A stretch of DNA of 64,000 nt from contig JAHKAP010000071.1 of the NCBI GenBank assembly GCA_018825985.1, forward strand, positions 7,556 through 71,555, read 5' to 3'. The DNA is from Candidatus Omnitrophota bacterium. Its GTDB lineage: Bacteria; Omnitrophota; Gorgyraeia; Gygaellales; Profunditerraquicolaceae. The notes under the pieces are model-generated. The model did no database searches and was not told the DNA's origin. It worked only from the letters and a program-made list of their open reading frames with translations. Made by a program: the position numbers and the translations under genes. This document shows positions 30,658-39,442 of this stretch, piece after piece (position 1 is the first letter of the stretch; the number at the start of each line of letters is the position of its first letter).

Positions 30658-30737
30658 GATTACGGAGATTAATAATAGATTCCAGAGATTAATGCTTGAT
30701 GACAAATCACTGTAATCTTTTTAAAATCGCTGTAATC
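30658..30737. repeat. Empty family-B element, matching the ends of the GxxExxY element in inverted orientation
   Basis: gattacggagatt-aataata-gattccagagatt...aatcactgtaatc-tttttaa-aatcgctgtaatc. Confidence 0.9.
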
Positions 30738-30770
30738 AACAGCCCTCGAGTGAATTTCGTGAAGGGCTGT

Positions 30771-30805
30771 AAATAAAACAAAAGGGGGTCGTTTCATACC
30801 CCCTT
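30771..30805 (-). terminator. Probable rho-independent terminator after wzc
   Basis: Minus strand aagggggt-atgaaacg-accccctt followed by ttgttttattt, ~25 nt after the stop. Confidence 0.7.
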
Positions 30806-30831
30806 AGTTCAAATCAATAATATTCCTATTT

Positions 30832-32775
30832 TTAAACTGTCTCTTTTTTCTTTCCCGGGATTTTTGATTTTCCATCCTGGCTTTCATCTCTGCCATAATA
30901 CCTGTACCTGTAATGATAATACGGATACGCGGAAATAGATTCGGTTTGAGGCCGGGTATGATTTAAGATAACTCCGGCGATTTTCCCCCCTGCTGACTCC
31001 ATCTGGACCTTGGCCCTCATTAACGCCTCCCTGCTGGTCCTGCCTATTTCATATACCAGGACAACACAATCCATATTCGGGGCTAAGATGCTGGCGTCGG
31101 TAACCGGCAAAACCGGCGGTGAGTCAAAAATAATAACGTCAAATCGTGCACTAACCTTTTCGATCATGTCTTTCATTCTTTTAGATTCCAATATCTCTAC
31201 CGGGTTAGCCGGATGCTTACCCGAAGGCATTATCCAGATATTTTCAATACCCGGGGTCTTCCTCACTTCCTCAAATTTCATCTCTCCCAGCATAATATCG
31301 GTAATATTCATCAATATGGAATCTAAATCCACAGTGCCCATAAAAAATTCGTTTAACCCGGGTTCTTTTTTAATTCCGAATGTCCTGGACAATGCCGGCC
31401 TCCTTAAATCAGTAGAGACCAAAAGAGTTTTTAAACCTACCTGCCCCATTACTATACCTAAGTTACAGACTACGCAGCTTTTTCCCTCTTGCGGGCCGGA
31501 ACTGGTGACCATGATTGTTTTTCGGGAAGAACCAAGCTTTAGGTTAGTATTAATATTACGGTAAGACTCGGCTATCGGAGACTGAGGTTTATAATGAGAA
31601 ATCAGGCGGCAATATCTGGATTCTTCTTCGGTCTTATTTCTGGTCCAGAATCTATCTTTAAAATTAGCCAACAGGCTCTTTTTAATATTGGGATCGCGAT
31701 CTAAAGAAGGCACAACGCCTAAGACCGGCAACTTGATCACATTCTCTACGTCTTCTATGGTCCCGATCGAAGTATCCAGGGTTTCACTGATAAAAGCAAA
31801 AGCTATACCTAATATCACACCCAATATAGCGCCGATCAGGATCTTGACCCGGTTATCCTTTGGTATAGTCGCGACAGCGGTAACCGCCGGATCAACTATA
31901 GATACATCGCTTACTTTCTGGGCCTCAGTTATCCTTGCCTCCTCAAGCCTTTCTTTAAGCGTGCCATAGAGCTTCCTATTAACTTCTGCCTCCCGGCTGT
32001 ACCTAGCGTAATCAATATCCTGGCTGGAGAAACCTTGCATTTGCTTCTCTAGCTCTTTAATCTGCTCCTTAGTTTGTATCACTTTAGGGTGTTTAGCAGT
32101 ATAGCGCTGCTGCATCTCCGCCAATTGAAATTCCAAGTCCTGGAGCTTCTGCTGAGTTGGCTCAGATAACCTGACATTCCTGGCGCCCTTACCTAAGGTC
32201 TTAAGGCCATCCTCAGCATCTTTTATCCTCTTCTCTAAAGCTGCCAACTGTTCTGCAATAAATATTCTGGCCTGACTGGCTTGCTTGGATTTTTCTTTCA
32301 GATTCTCTTCAATATAAGATTCGGCGACTATATTAGCCAGGTTAACCGCTCCTTTAGCGGTTGAAGCGATAGCCGTAATCCTGATCATATTCGTGTCGCT
32401 GACCTTCTCAACTTCAATACTTTTTTGTAATTCAGTTATTGCTTCATTAATGTCCTCCATTGATGAATCAGGCCTGACTTTGCCCAGCCTAAGGACGACA
32501 TTTTTCATAACCGGAAAACCTTTAATCGTCCTGGCTTCCGACGCCATAATATTAGCGGGATTATACGCGATCCACTCAGTAAGTAAGCCGGCGATGGTCT
32601 TGCCCTGTTCTATTTTAATGGTTATACTGGAATGATATATCACGCTCTCTTTGGAAAACCCAATACTGAATATGCTGATAATAGTAACCAGTAAAAAAAT
32701 TGCCAGGATGGTATATTTTCTTTTGCGGAAGATGCGTAGATAATCTCTAAGATTTAACTCATATTGGGCCATCAA
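30832..32775 (-). CDS. wzc: Wzc/GumC polysaccharide co-polymerase with BY-kinase domain
   Basis: YTAKHPKV, ESYRNI, SSGPQEGKS (Walker A), DLRRP, DSPPVL, C-terminal Tyr cluster YPYYHYRYRYY. Confidence 0.95.
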   Translation of the reverse strand: MMAQYELNLRDYLRIFRKRKYTILAIFLLVTIISIFSIGFSKESVIYHSSITIKIEQGKTIAGLLTEWIAYNPANIMASEARTIKGFPVMKNVVLRLGKVRPDSSMEDINEAITELQKSIEVEKVSDTNMIRITAIASTAKGAVNLANIVAESYIEENLKEKSKQASQARIFIAEQLAALEKRIKDAEDGLKTLGKGARNVRLSEPTQQKLQDLEFQLAEMQQRYTAKHPKVIQTKEQIKELEKQMQGFSSQDIDYARYSREAEVNRKLYGTLKERLEEARITEAQKVSDVSIVDPAVTAVATIPKDNRVKILIGAILGVILGIAFAFISETLDTSIGTIEDVENVIKLPVLGVVPSLDRDPNIKKSLLANFKDRFWTRNKTEEESRYCRLISHYKPQSPIAESYRNINTNLKLGSSRKTIMVTSSGPQEGKSCVVCNLGIVMGQVGLKTLLVSTDLRRPALSRTFGIKKEPGLNEFFMGTVDLDSILMNITDIMLGEMKFEEVRKTPGIENIWIMPSGKHPANPVEILESKRMKDMIEKVSARFDVIIFDSPPVLPVTDASILAPNMDCVVLVYEIGRTSREALMRAKVQMESAGGKIAGVILNHTRPQTESISAYPYYHYRYRYYGRDESQDGKSKIPGKKKETV

Positions 32776-32785
32776 TCACCTTTAT

Positions 32786-32844
32786 TAGGGACAGCGACTA
32801 TTTTTAAATTTAATATTATTTAAGAAAAATAGTCGCTGTCCCTA
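32786..32844. repeat. REP hairpin, family A
   Basis: tagggacagcgactattttt ... aaaaatagtcgctgtcccta. Confidence 0.95.
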
Positions 32845-32867
32845 TTATCACCTAACATACCATAAAA

Positions 32868-33944
32868 TCAACGAGTTAGCAATCTTTTTCTCAGTAGAAA
32901 TACCGCTTTTAGCGTTAATTTATAAACATCCTGGATCTTATTTTGGAGAAGTATATAGATAAGGCAGGGAAGGCCATAAAACTTTAATTTTTTTTGAATC
33001 AAGAATAGAATTGCCTTTCTTTGATAATCCGCATTGATCGTCTTCAGCCTAATTTGTTTAGGATCACGCGGTTTTAATGACCGGTAAGTATAATATAAAC
33101 AGTATGATAAAGTTCCTTCCAGGCCGAGTAATTTTGCCTCTTCTCTGGCGTCATTCCAGTCAATTCTATCTTGATAATTCCGGACGAATTCAAAGATATC
33201 TGTAAGGAGTATGAGCCTCTCAAAAGAGTGGCTGAAACTATGCAGGCACAGATGAAATAAATGATGCTGGCAGGATAGCGCCAGGGCGTTCGCTCCTGCT
33301 ATGTTAACGCTGGAAGCTTCGGACCAGATCTTTTCCGGGTTTACCCTACCGGCAATAAAACTCCTCATCCAGGTCGAAGTCAGAATATCCCAATGCAAAT
33401 CAATAGATATAGAAATACTTCTGAGGCGGTCGACTTTCGCGAACAAAACAGAATAAGATAATGGGTCATTAAAAGAAGTATTGATGCTATCAGCAGCGCT
33501 ATATCCTGAATCCAGCAGAACTTTGCCTATCCTGAAAAAGTCATCCTTTTTGATAAGAATATCCATATCCGACATCTGCCTTAAGGCGATATTTTTATAA
33601 ACAGCCTCGGCCAGAAAGATACCTTTCAAAAGGATAACCTTAATTTGACTTTGCTCAAAAATACTCAGCAGCCTTGCCAATTCCTCGTATATTAATGTAT
33701 TCCTGGCGCAGTTATTATAGTAAATTGATTCCAACTCCTTAAAAATCGCTGGCGGCAGATAGCCTTGAAAACCAAACCGGTTTAAATGATAATAAAGCAG
33801 ACAGGCAACGCCATGTTGTTTGGAGACCTTAAGCAGATAATCCCAATCAAGTCCTGACTTTAGTAATTCTTCGGCTTTAGTCAGCCTTGATTTATCGGGA
33901 TCGATAACAGAAAACAAAATAACTATCCGCTCTTCAATTCTCAT
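32868..33944 (-). CDS. Nucleotidyltransferase family protein (NTP_transf_5-like)
   Basis: LDWDYL...HGV, ILLKG, RQMSDMDILI, IDLHW, LHSFSH, LTDI. Confidence 0.85.
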   Translation of the reverse strand: MRIEERIVILFSVIDPDKSRLTKAEELLKSGLDWDYLLKVSKQHGVACLLYYHLNRFGFQGYLPPAIFKELESIYYNNCARNTLIYEELARLLSIFEQSQIKVILLKGIFLAEAVYKNIALRQMSDMDILIKKDDFFRIGKVLLDSGYSAADSINTSFNDPLSYSVLFAKVDRLRSISISIDLHWDILTSTWMRSFIAGRVNPEKIWSEASSVNIAGANALALSCQHHLFHLCLHSFSHSFERLILLTDIFEFVRNYQDRIDWNDAREEAKLLGLEGTLSYCLYYTYRSLKPRDPKQIRLKTINADYQRKAILFLIQKKLKFYGLPCLIYILLQNKIQDVYKLTLKAVFLLRKRLLTR

Positions 33945-33951
33945 ATTTTCT

Positions 33952-34029
33952 CAGGGACACCCTTGCAACTAAAGCTAAGGGTGTCCCCAATAGGGGACAC
34001 CCTGCCGATTAGCTGCGAGGGTGTCCCTG
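33952..34029. repeat. Double hairpin of four alternating GGGACACCCT units
   Basis: cagggacaccctt..aagggtgtcccc aata ggggacaccct..agggtgtccctg. Confidence 0.9.
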
Positions 34030-34032
34030 GGT

Positions 34033-35766
34033 TTACTGGGTGCCGAATAAATCGCGGAATCCGGGATCTTGTTTAATCAGGATTTGAGGTTTATCTATTA
34101 TAATAGCTCCGGGCCCGGATAAATAATAAACCGCATCCATACCCATAACAGTGGATAATCTATGGGAGACTACGATCAAAGTCATATCGGGCTGGGCCTG
34201 TTTAAGGTTGGATATTATCCTCTCCTCACTTAATGAATCCATTGCCGCAAAAGCTTCATCCAGGATCATGATCTTCGGTTTTTTTATCGCTGCCCGGGCC
34301 ATCGCGATCTTTTGCTTCTGGCCCTCGGAAATCCTGCAGGCATTCTCGCCGATAACTGTGTCAAAACCCGCGGTTAAATTGCTTGCTAAATCATCCACGC
34401 CACAGAGCCTGGCAGCCTCGGTCATTTCTTCTGTGCCCGCCTGATCCAAGCCATATTTGATATTATTGGCTATACTATCATTCCAAAGAAATGGTTCTTG
34501 CAAAGCAAAACCAACCTGGCTTTTTAACGTGCCAGGGTCTATTTCTCTGATATTATGGCCATCAATAAATATATCCCCTTCCCAGAGATCATACAACCCC
34601 AGGATCAAACTTAGAATTGTGGTTTTACCGCAGCCTGATCTACCGGCAATGGCTATCCGGCTGGCACCCGGCAGAGTAAAACTTAAATTTTTTAATATAC
34701 TCCTACCCGGACAATAGCCGAAACTGACATTTCTAAATATAATCTCTCCTTTTTTGAATATTGGCTTTGAGGTATTACTCCGGGCTGATGTATCCTGGTC
34801 GTCATTCAAAATTTTATCTATTCTTTCACAGGATATTAACCCGGTTAAAGCAGACTGGAAAAAACGGGCTAATTCATTTTCCAGGCCCACTAACTGGCCA
34901 AAATATACCATTATAGCGGTTAAACTGCCCAAAGACATCCTCCCCTTTATAACCTGATAACCGCCGTAAAACGTGATTATCCCGACCGCAGCCTTGCTTA
35001 ACATTTCGACCAAAAAACCAGATACAGTTTCCAATTTAAGGCTTTTAAGGCTGATCCCTGCGTAACTGATCAGCTTCTCCAGGTATGATCTTATGCTGGC
35101 TGTTTCTCTGCCGAATACCTTAATCAGTTGTATATGTGAGAAGGTTTCTTCTAAATACCGGTATATATTCTCAGAACTCCTGATTAGATCTTCAATGATT
35201 AAACGCATCTTCCTACCGAAATAACGGCTGGGTAAGAATAAAAAAGGAGAAATTAAAAACGAAATAAGAGTCATCTTCCAATTAAGATGAATAACAATTA
35301 CCAAGATGAGCAATAACCTGAATAAAACAAAAAAGATGGCCGGCACCCTGATAGTGATAAATTCCGCGATATTATCTATATCATAATTAAGTTTATAGAT
35401 ATGCTCAGCGCTTGTCTTATCTTTAAACCAGCCTAGGGAAAAACTCTGCAGGCGGATAAATACCGATTTATTCAGCTCATAATTGGCTTTAATTCTTATA
35501 TTGCGGTAGAAATAATCCTTGATTCTATTTGCTAAATCCGCGGCTAAATAGATCACACACCCTAACAGCGTAAGTATAGCGAAAGACTTAAAATCTTTTT
35601 TAACCAGGCCGACGTCAATAATAAACTTAGCCAGATAGGGGTTGATCAGGCTTAAAATTATACCGATATTGCTTAAAACAACCAGCCAAAACCAGAGCTT
35701 CTTATAGGGCGAGATATATTTAAAAAATTTTAATAATAATCTTAGGTTGGTGAATTTAAATTTCAT
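34033..35766 (-). CDS. ABC exporter (TMD+NBD), no C39 peptidase domain
   Basis: N-terminal TM domain; GRSGCGKTT, Q-loop LQEP, ISEGQKQK, MILDEA, VSHR. Confidence 0.9.
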   Translation of the reverse strand: MKFKFTNLRLLLKFFKYISPYKKLWFWLVVLSNIGIILSLINPYLAKFIIDVGLVKKDFKSFAILTLLGCVIYLAADLANRIKDYFYRNIRIKANYELNKSVFIRLQSFSLGWFKDKTSAEHIYKLNYDIDNIAEFITIRVPAIFFVLFRLLLILVIVIHLNWKMTLISFLISPFLFLPSRYFGRKMRLIIEDLIRSSENIYRYLEETFSHIQLIKVFGRETASIRSYLEKLISYAGISLKSLKLETVSGFLVEMLSKAAVGIITFYGGYQVIKGRMSLGSLTAIMVYFGQLVGLENELARFFQSALTGLISCERIDKILNDDQDTSARSNTSKPIFKKGEIIFRNVSFGYCPGRSILKNLSFTLPGASRIAIAGRSGCGKTTILSLILGLYDLWEGDIFIDGHNIREIDPGTLKSQVGFALQEPFLWNDSIANNIKYGLDQAGTEEMTEAARLCGVDDLASNLTAGFDTVIGENACRISEGQKQKIAMARAAIKKPKIMILDEAFAAMDSLSEERIISNLKQAQPDMTLIVVSHRLSTVMGMDAVYYLSGPGAIIIDKPQILIKQDPGFRDLFGTQ

Positions 35767-36751
35767 GTTTTTTAAATAACCGTGTTAATCGACAGTAATA
35801 ATCCAGCGGTTTTTCCTTGCCGCCGGTTTCTAAATAGGCCTTTCCGGGGCACCAGCCGCATAAGGGCCTGAGGTTACAATCCCGGCATTTAGAATCAGTT
35901 TTAAACTCTTCCTTGGCCATATAAGATGATAACCTATTCAAACCTGACTTAATATCCGCCCTTAAAAGGTTTACTTTAGGCTTTCTTAATAAATCACACA
36001 AAAACATATTTCCGTAGGGATCAACGTAAATCCCGTCTGCGCTTGAGATCACGCAGGGATAGAAGCGGGATTCAATGTTTCGGGATGAAGAACCTTCGCA
36101 GCCATCATTACTTTGTTTTTTAAAATGGTATAACCCCAATACCTGTTCAGGGGTAATCCTTAGTTTGCAAGGCGCGATATCCCCATTTAAATTTGGATAT
36201 AAAATATGATTGGGGGTAAAATTTGAGCCTATCCCCTTGAGGTATTTTTTTATTTGCGGCAGGTGCTTAAAATTATCCTTAGTCACCTGGGTTTTGATTT
36301 TAAATTGCAGACATGAATCTAAAATTAACCCTATTCCGCGCATTGTTTTCGCAAACGAACCCTGTATTCGGGAGATTTTCTCGTATAGATCCTTGTCAAC
36401 CGCATTTAAGGTTATCTCAATTACAAATGGGGGATTTTTTTTTAGATATTTGATTATCCTACGATTCAAAGAATAACCATTGGTAAAAATAGTGGTGATA
36501 AAACCTTTTTTCCTGGCATAAGCGTAGATCTCCAGAAAATCATCCCTGACAATGGGGTCTCCGCCAGATAAACAGAGCCAGATAACCCCAGCGCAGGCAA
36601 GCCTGTCTAAAACAAATTTTACTTCTTTAGTAGTTAATTCCTTTTTAGAATAGGCTTTTTTGTTAAAACAATCGGTATAACAATGCCGGCAATGAAGGAC
36701 GCATCTAAAGGTTAATTCGAACCGGCAGGCGCTCGGCCGGTTAAGGCTCAT
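35756..36751 (-). CDS. Radical SAM/SPASM peptide maturase-like protein (2)
   Basis: CVLHCRHC; SGGDP; C...DPYGNMFLC; CRDCNLRPLCGWCPG...YYC. Confidence 0.9.
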   Translation of the reverse strand: MSLNRPSACRFELTFRCVLHCRHCYTDCFNKKAYSKKELTTKEVKFVLDRLACAGVIWLCLSGGDPIVRDDFLEIYAYARKKGFITTIFTNGYSLNRRIIKYLKKNPPFVIEITLNAVDKDLYEKISRIQGSFAKTMRGIGLILDSCLQFKIKTQVTKDNFKHLPQIKKYLKGIGSNFTPNHILYPNLNGDIAPCKLRITPEQVLGLYHFKKQSNDGCEGSSSRNIESRFYPCVISSADGIYVDPYGNMFLCDLLRKPKVNLLRADIKSGLNRLSSYMAKEEFKTDSKCRDCNLRPLCGWCPGKAYLETGGKEKPLDYYCRLTRLFKKHEI

Positions 36752-36798
36752 ATTTTTTAGATGGGTTTTTAAACTAAAATCTTTATACCGGGTTTCTT

Positions 36799-37731
36799 TC
36801 AGATCGACCTCACGAATGGAATAATGCTTTTACTCTTGATTAAACCTAAACTCAAACACGGCATATTCTTGACTAAATCCAAGCCTAAAAAAATAATATT
36901 TTCGGTTAATTTTCTATCCCAGAAATTCGGAAAAATATTCGGATAGAGGAGTTTGAATGCCTCAGCGGATGATATGGCTTTAACCGTATTATTCGTATAC
37001 TGGTAAATAAAAAAAAGCTTGTCTAACTCGGCCCGGCCAATATAAGAATTCTGAAAACCCCGGAATTCGCCGCACCAGGGAGAGCCGTAAATAAAAAACC
37101 TCCCCTTTACCTTGCGGACAATGACGTGGTCATCATTTAATACTTCGGCCCGGCTGTGCTCATGCCAAGTCCTGGCTAAAGTCGTCTTTCCCGCGCCTGA
37201 TCTGCCCATAAATACCAGGCCCTTGCCATTGCTATCCCTTATCCCTGCTCCGTGCAAGAAAATCCCTGATTTCCTTTGCGCGAAATAATTTATAAAAAGC
37301 ACCTGCAGAAAATCATAGGTCAGGTCAGCCACATTCCAAACCAGGCCTTTATCTTTTTTAGGGAGCACATAAACCCGGGCCCGGTCAAAAGCCTTATTAA
37401 AATAGGTTACCTGCTCTTTATCCTTTGCCACAGTCTTATAGATATAAAACCCATTTTTTTTAAGGACCTGCCAATTCTCAGTCCGATCCTGGGGATGGAT
37501 GACTTTAAATACATCAATCGCACCTGAAAGCTTTGGCAGGAAATTCTCAACCTCTACATCTATTTTTATATCGGATTTAACATTTTCCCTACTGACAAAA
37601 TTACTAAAGAATTGTTTAAACCAAGGGTTCTCTTCGCCCTTATGAAAAGCCTCATGGTAAAAAGCGCTTTTTATCTCAACTGTTACGCCGGCGATTTTAA
37701 GCCGGACCTTATTTGATTTTTTATCGAACAT
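36799..37731 (-). CDS. HprK-related P-loop kinase
   Basis: FLHGAGI...GRSGAGKTT...LNDDH...YGSPWCG. Confidence 0.8.
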   Translation of the reverse strand: MFDKKSNKVRLKIAGVTVEIKSAFYHEAFHKGEENPWFKQFFSNFVSRENVKSDIKIDVEVENFLPKLSGAIDVFKVIHPQDRTENWQVLKKNGFYIYKTVAKDKEQVTYFNKAFDRARVYVLPKKDKGLVWNVADLTYDFLQVLFINYFAQRKSGIFLHGAGIRDSNGKGLVFMGRSGAGKTTLARTWHEHSRAEVLNDDHVIVRKVKGRFFIYGSPWCGEFRGFQNSYIGRAELDKLFFIYQYTNNTVKAISSAEAFKLLYPNIFPNFWDRKLTENIIFLGLDLVKNMPCLSLGLIKSKSIIPFVRSI

Positions 37732-37734
37732 CTT

Positions 37735-38793
37735 TTAATTTAAAACACCTGATTTTGCCAATTCGCAAAAGAACCTGACTGGTTTTTCCCGCTCTCCGGC
37801 CTCTAAATAAGCCCGGGCCGGGCACCAACGGCAAACCGGCCTTAACGCGCAATCCTGGCATTTGGAATCAGAATTAAACTCCTGGCTTAAGACCCTGGGA
37901 TTGATAGTTGAAAAACTTTTTTTTAAAGAAGCATCTCTTAAATTTACGCTGTATTCCTGGAAAAATACACAATACCTAAGCCTGCCGAATGGATCAATAA
38001 ATACTTTATTCTTACCGGCGTCGCATTGAAAGAGGTATTTCCTCTGCCTCGGTAATTCCGGGGCATCTTTAAACCTGCCATCTTGGCATTCGCTTGAGAT
38101 ATCCTGGTCCTGTTTAAAAACCGCAAAAATTTCTTTAGGGGAGAGCCGGTATTTACAAGGCGTTTTATCACCGTTAAGCCGGGGATATATCAATGGGTCA
38201 CATTTAAAATAATGCTTATTACCCGGTTTACCTAATACCTTTTCTGCCCATTGCTTAATCCCGGCTATCTCGTTTTTATTGCGCTTAAGCAAGTTAGATT
38301 TAATGATCACCGGAAGTTTTCTTTGGATCAAAAAGGCGATATTCATCATGGCCAAAGAAAAAGAACCATTTACCCGGGTTATCTTTTCATAGTTTTCTTT
38401 GTTAATACTGTTTACGGTTATTTCTATCGCGTACGGCGGGGATTTAGTTAGATAATCGATGGTCTTTTTATTAAAACCCAAGGCATTGGTAAATAAAGTG
38501 ACCAGAAATCCTTTTTCCCGGGCATAAACGTAAATATCTAAAAAATCCTCTCTTATTAAAGGCTCTCCTCCGGTTAAAGTCAACCAGATACAGCCTTCCC
38601 TGCGCAGGCTGCTGATCAGCCTCTTGATCTGCGTGGTATTGAGCTCATTTCCCTTATTTTCCGACCCCTTGCAAAAACAATGCGGGCATTTCAGATTACA
38701 CCGGTAGGTCAACTCAAGATGGGCGCTAAGAGGAAAGGATATTTTTTTAGTATTGAGTTTTTGATAAAAAAAATCGAGGTTGCGGCTCTTCAT
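37735..38793 (-). CDS. Radical SAM/SPASM peptide maturase-like protein (1)
   Basis: CNLKCPHC; TGGEP; CDAG...DPFGRLRYC; CQDCALRPVCRWCPA...FFC. Confidence 0.9.
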   Translation of the reverse strand: MKSRNLDFFYQKLNTKKISFPLSAHLELTYRCNLKCPHCFCKGSENKGNELNTTQIKRLISSLRREGCIWLTLTGGEPLIREDFLDIYVYAREKGFLVTLFTNALGFNKKTIDYLTKSPPYAIEITVNSINKENYEKITRVNGSFSLAMMNIAFLIQRKLPVIIKSNLLKRNKNEIAGIKQWAEKVLGKPGNKHYFKCDPLIYPRLNGDKTPCKYRLSPKEIFAVFKQDQDISSECQDGRFKDAPELPRQRKYLFQCDAGKNKVFIDPFGRLRYCVFFQEYSVNLRDASLKKSFSTINPRVLSQEFNSDSKCQDCALRPVCRWCPARAYLEAGEREKPVRFFCELAKSGVLN

Positions 38794-38805
38794 TCTCAGA
38801 AATAG

Positions 38806-38866
38806 AATTAGGGACAGCGACTATTTTTTTAACTGTAAAATTAAAAAATAGTCGCTGTCCCTAATT
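38806..38866. repeat. REP hairpin, family A
   Basis: aattagggacagcgactatttttt ... aaaaaatagtcgctgtccctaatt. Confidence 0.95.
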
Positions 38867-38869
38867 AAT

Positions 38870-39073
38870 TTAACTATATTGCCCGCCGCTAGACCATTTT
38901 TGGCTGGATAAAACGACCTTGGTAGCAGGGGTCGTCCCCTCGCAAATATTTTGCTTTGGGGCACTATTACCGGCCATATATCCGGTGTTATAACAGGGGC
39001 AGACCAGGATAGCCTGTTCAGGGTTTAGTTTTATCCGGGTTATCGCAGGATTAAATTTCTTTTTTGCGCTCAT
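38870..39073 (-). CDS. Putative RiPP precursor peptide (67 aa)
   Basis: Strong RBS (AAAGGAGGGGAAG-ATG); lies between PqqD and radical SAM genes; basic leader KKKFNPAI; 3 Cys, Ser/Thr/Gly-rich core, C-terminal Ser. Confidence 0.75.
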   Translation of the reverse strand: MSAKKKFNPAITRIKLNPEQAILVCPCYNTGYMAGNSAPKQNICEGTTPATKVVLSSQKWSSGGQYS

Positions 39074-39086
39074 CTTCCCCTCCTTT

Positions 39087-39110
39087 AATTAGGGACAGCG
39101 ACTATTTTTT
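39087..39110. repeat. Single REP arm, family A
   Basis: aattagggacagcgactatttttt between the PqqD stop and the precursor RBS. Confidence 0.9.
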
Positions 39111-39394
39111 TAATAACTGATCGCTTTAGCCTCTTTTAAATCACTAAGGAATCCTGATAGAGTTTTATCAATCTGTTCGGCTGGGCCGTCAAATTCATCC
39201 AATATTTGTTTTTTCACCTGGGCAATGGTATTTTTGCCGTTTAGCATCTTCCAGATCAAAGAACCTGTTTCATTTAAAGAATAAATACAATTGATATCGT
39301 CAGAGTGTTTATATATAGGCACCAGGATGGTTTCACCTGCGATATCCCTGGCGACCATATTAGGATTCTTCTTAATTACCGTATTTGGCTTCAT
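39110..39394 (-). CDS. PqqD family RiPP recognition element (RRE)
   Basis: RDIAGETILVP, YSLNETGSLIWKMLNG, FLSDL; 94 aa. Confidence 0.9.
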   Translation of the reverse strand: MKPNTVIKKNPNMVARDIAGETILVPIYKHSDDINCIYSLNETGSLIWKMLNGKNTIAQVKKQILDEFDGPAEQIDKTLSGFLSDLKEAKAISY

Positions 39395-39401
39395 TTTAAT
39401 T

Positions 39402-39442
39402 AGGGACAGCGGCTATTTTCTTAATTAAATAGTCGCTGTCCC
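39402..39442. repeat. REP hairpin, family A; right arm overlaps the S26 gene 3' end
   Basis: agggacagcggctattt ... aaatagtcgctgtccc. Confidence 0.9.

Noticed and set aside
4684-38171. Short same-strand alternative-frame ORFs (4684-4878, 6207-6389, 26293-26544, 37944-38171)
   Set aside because: Nested in intact genes, with no motifs and no sign of a frameshift
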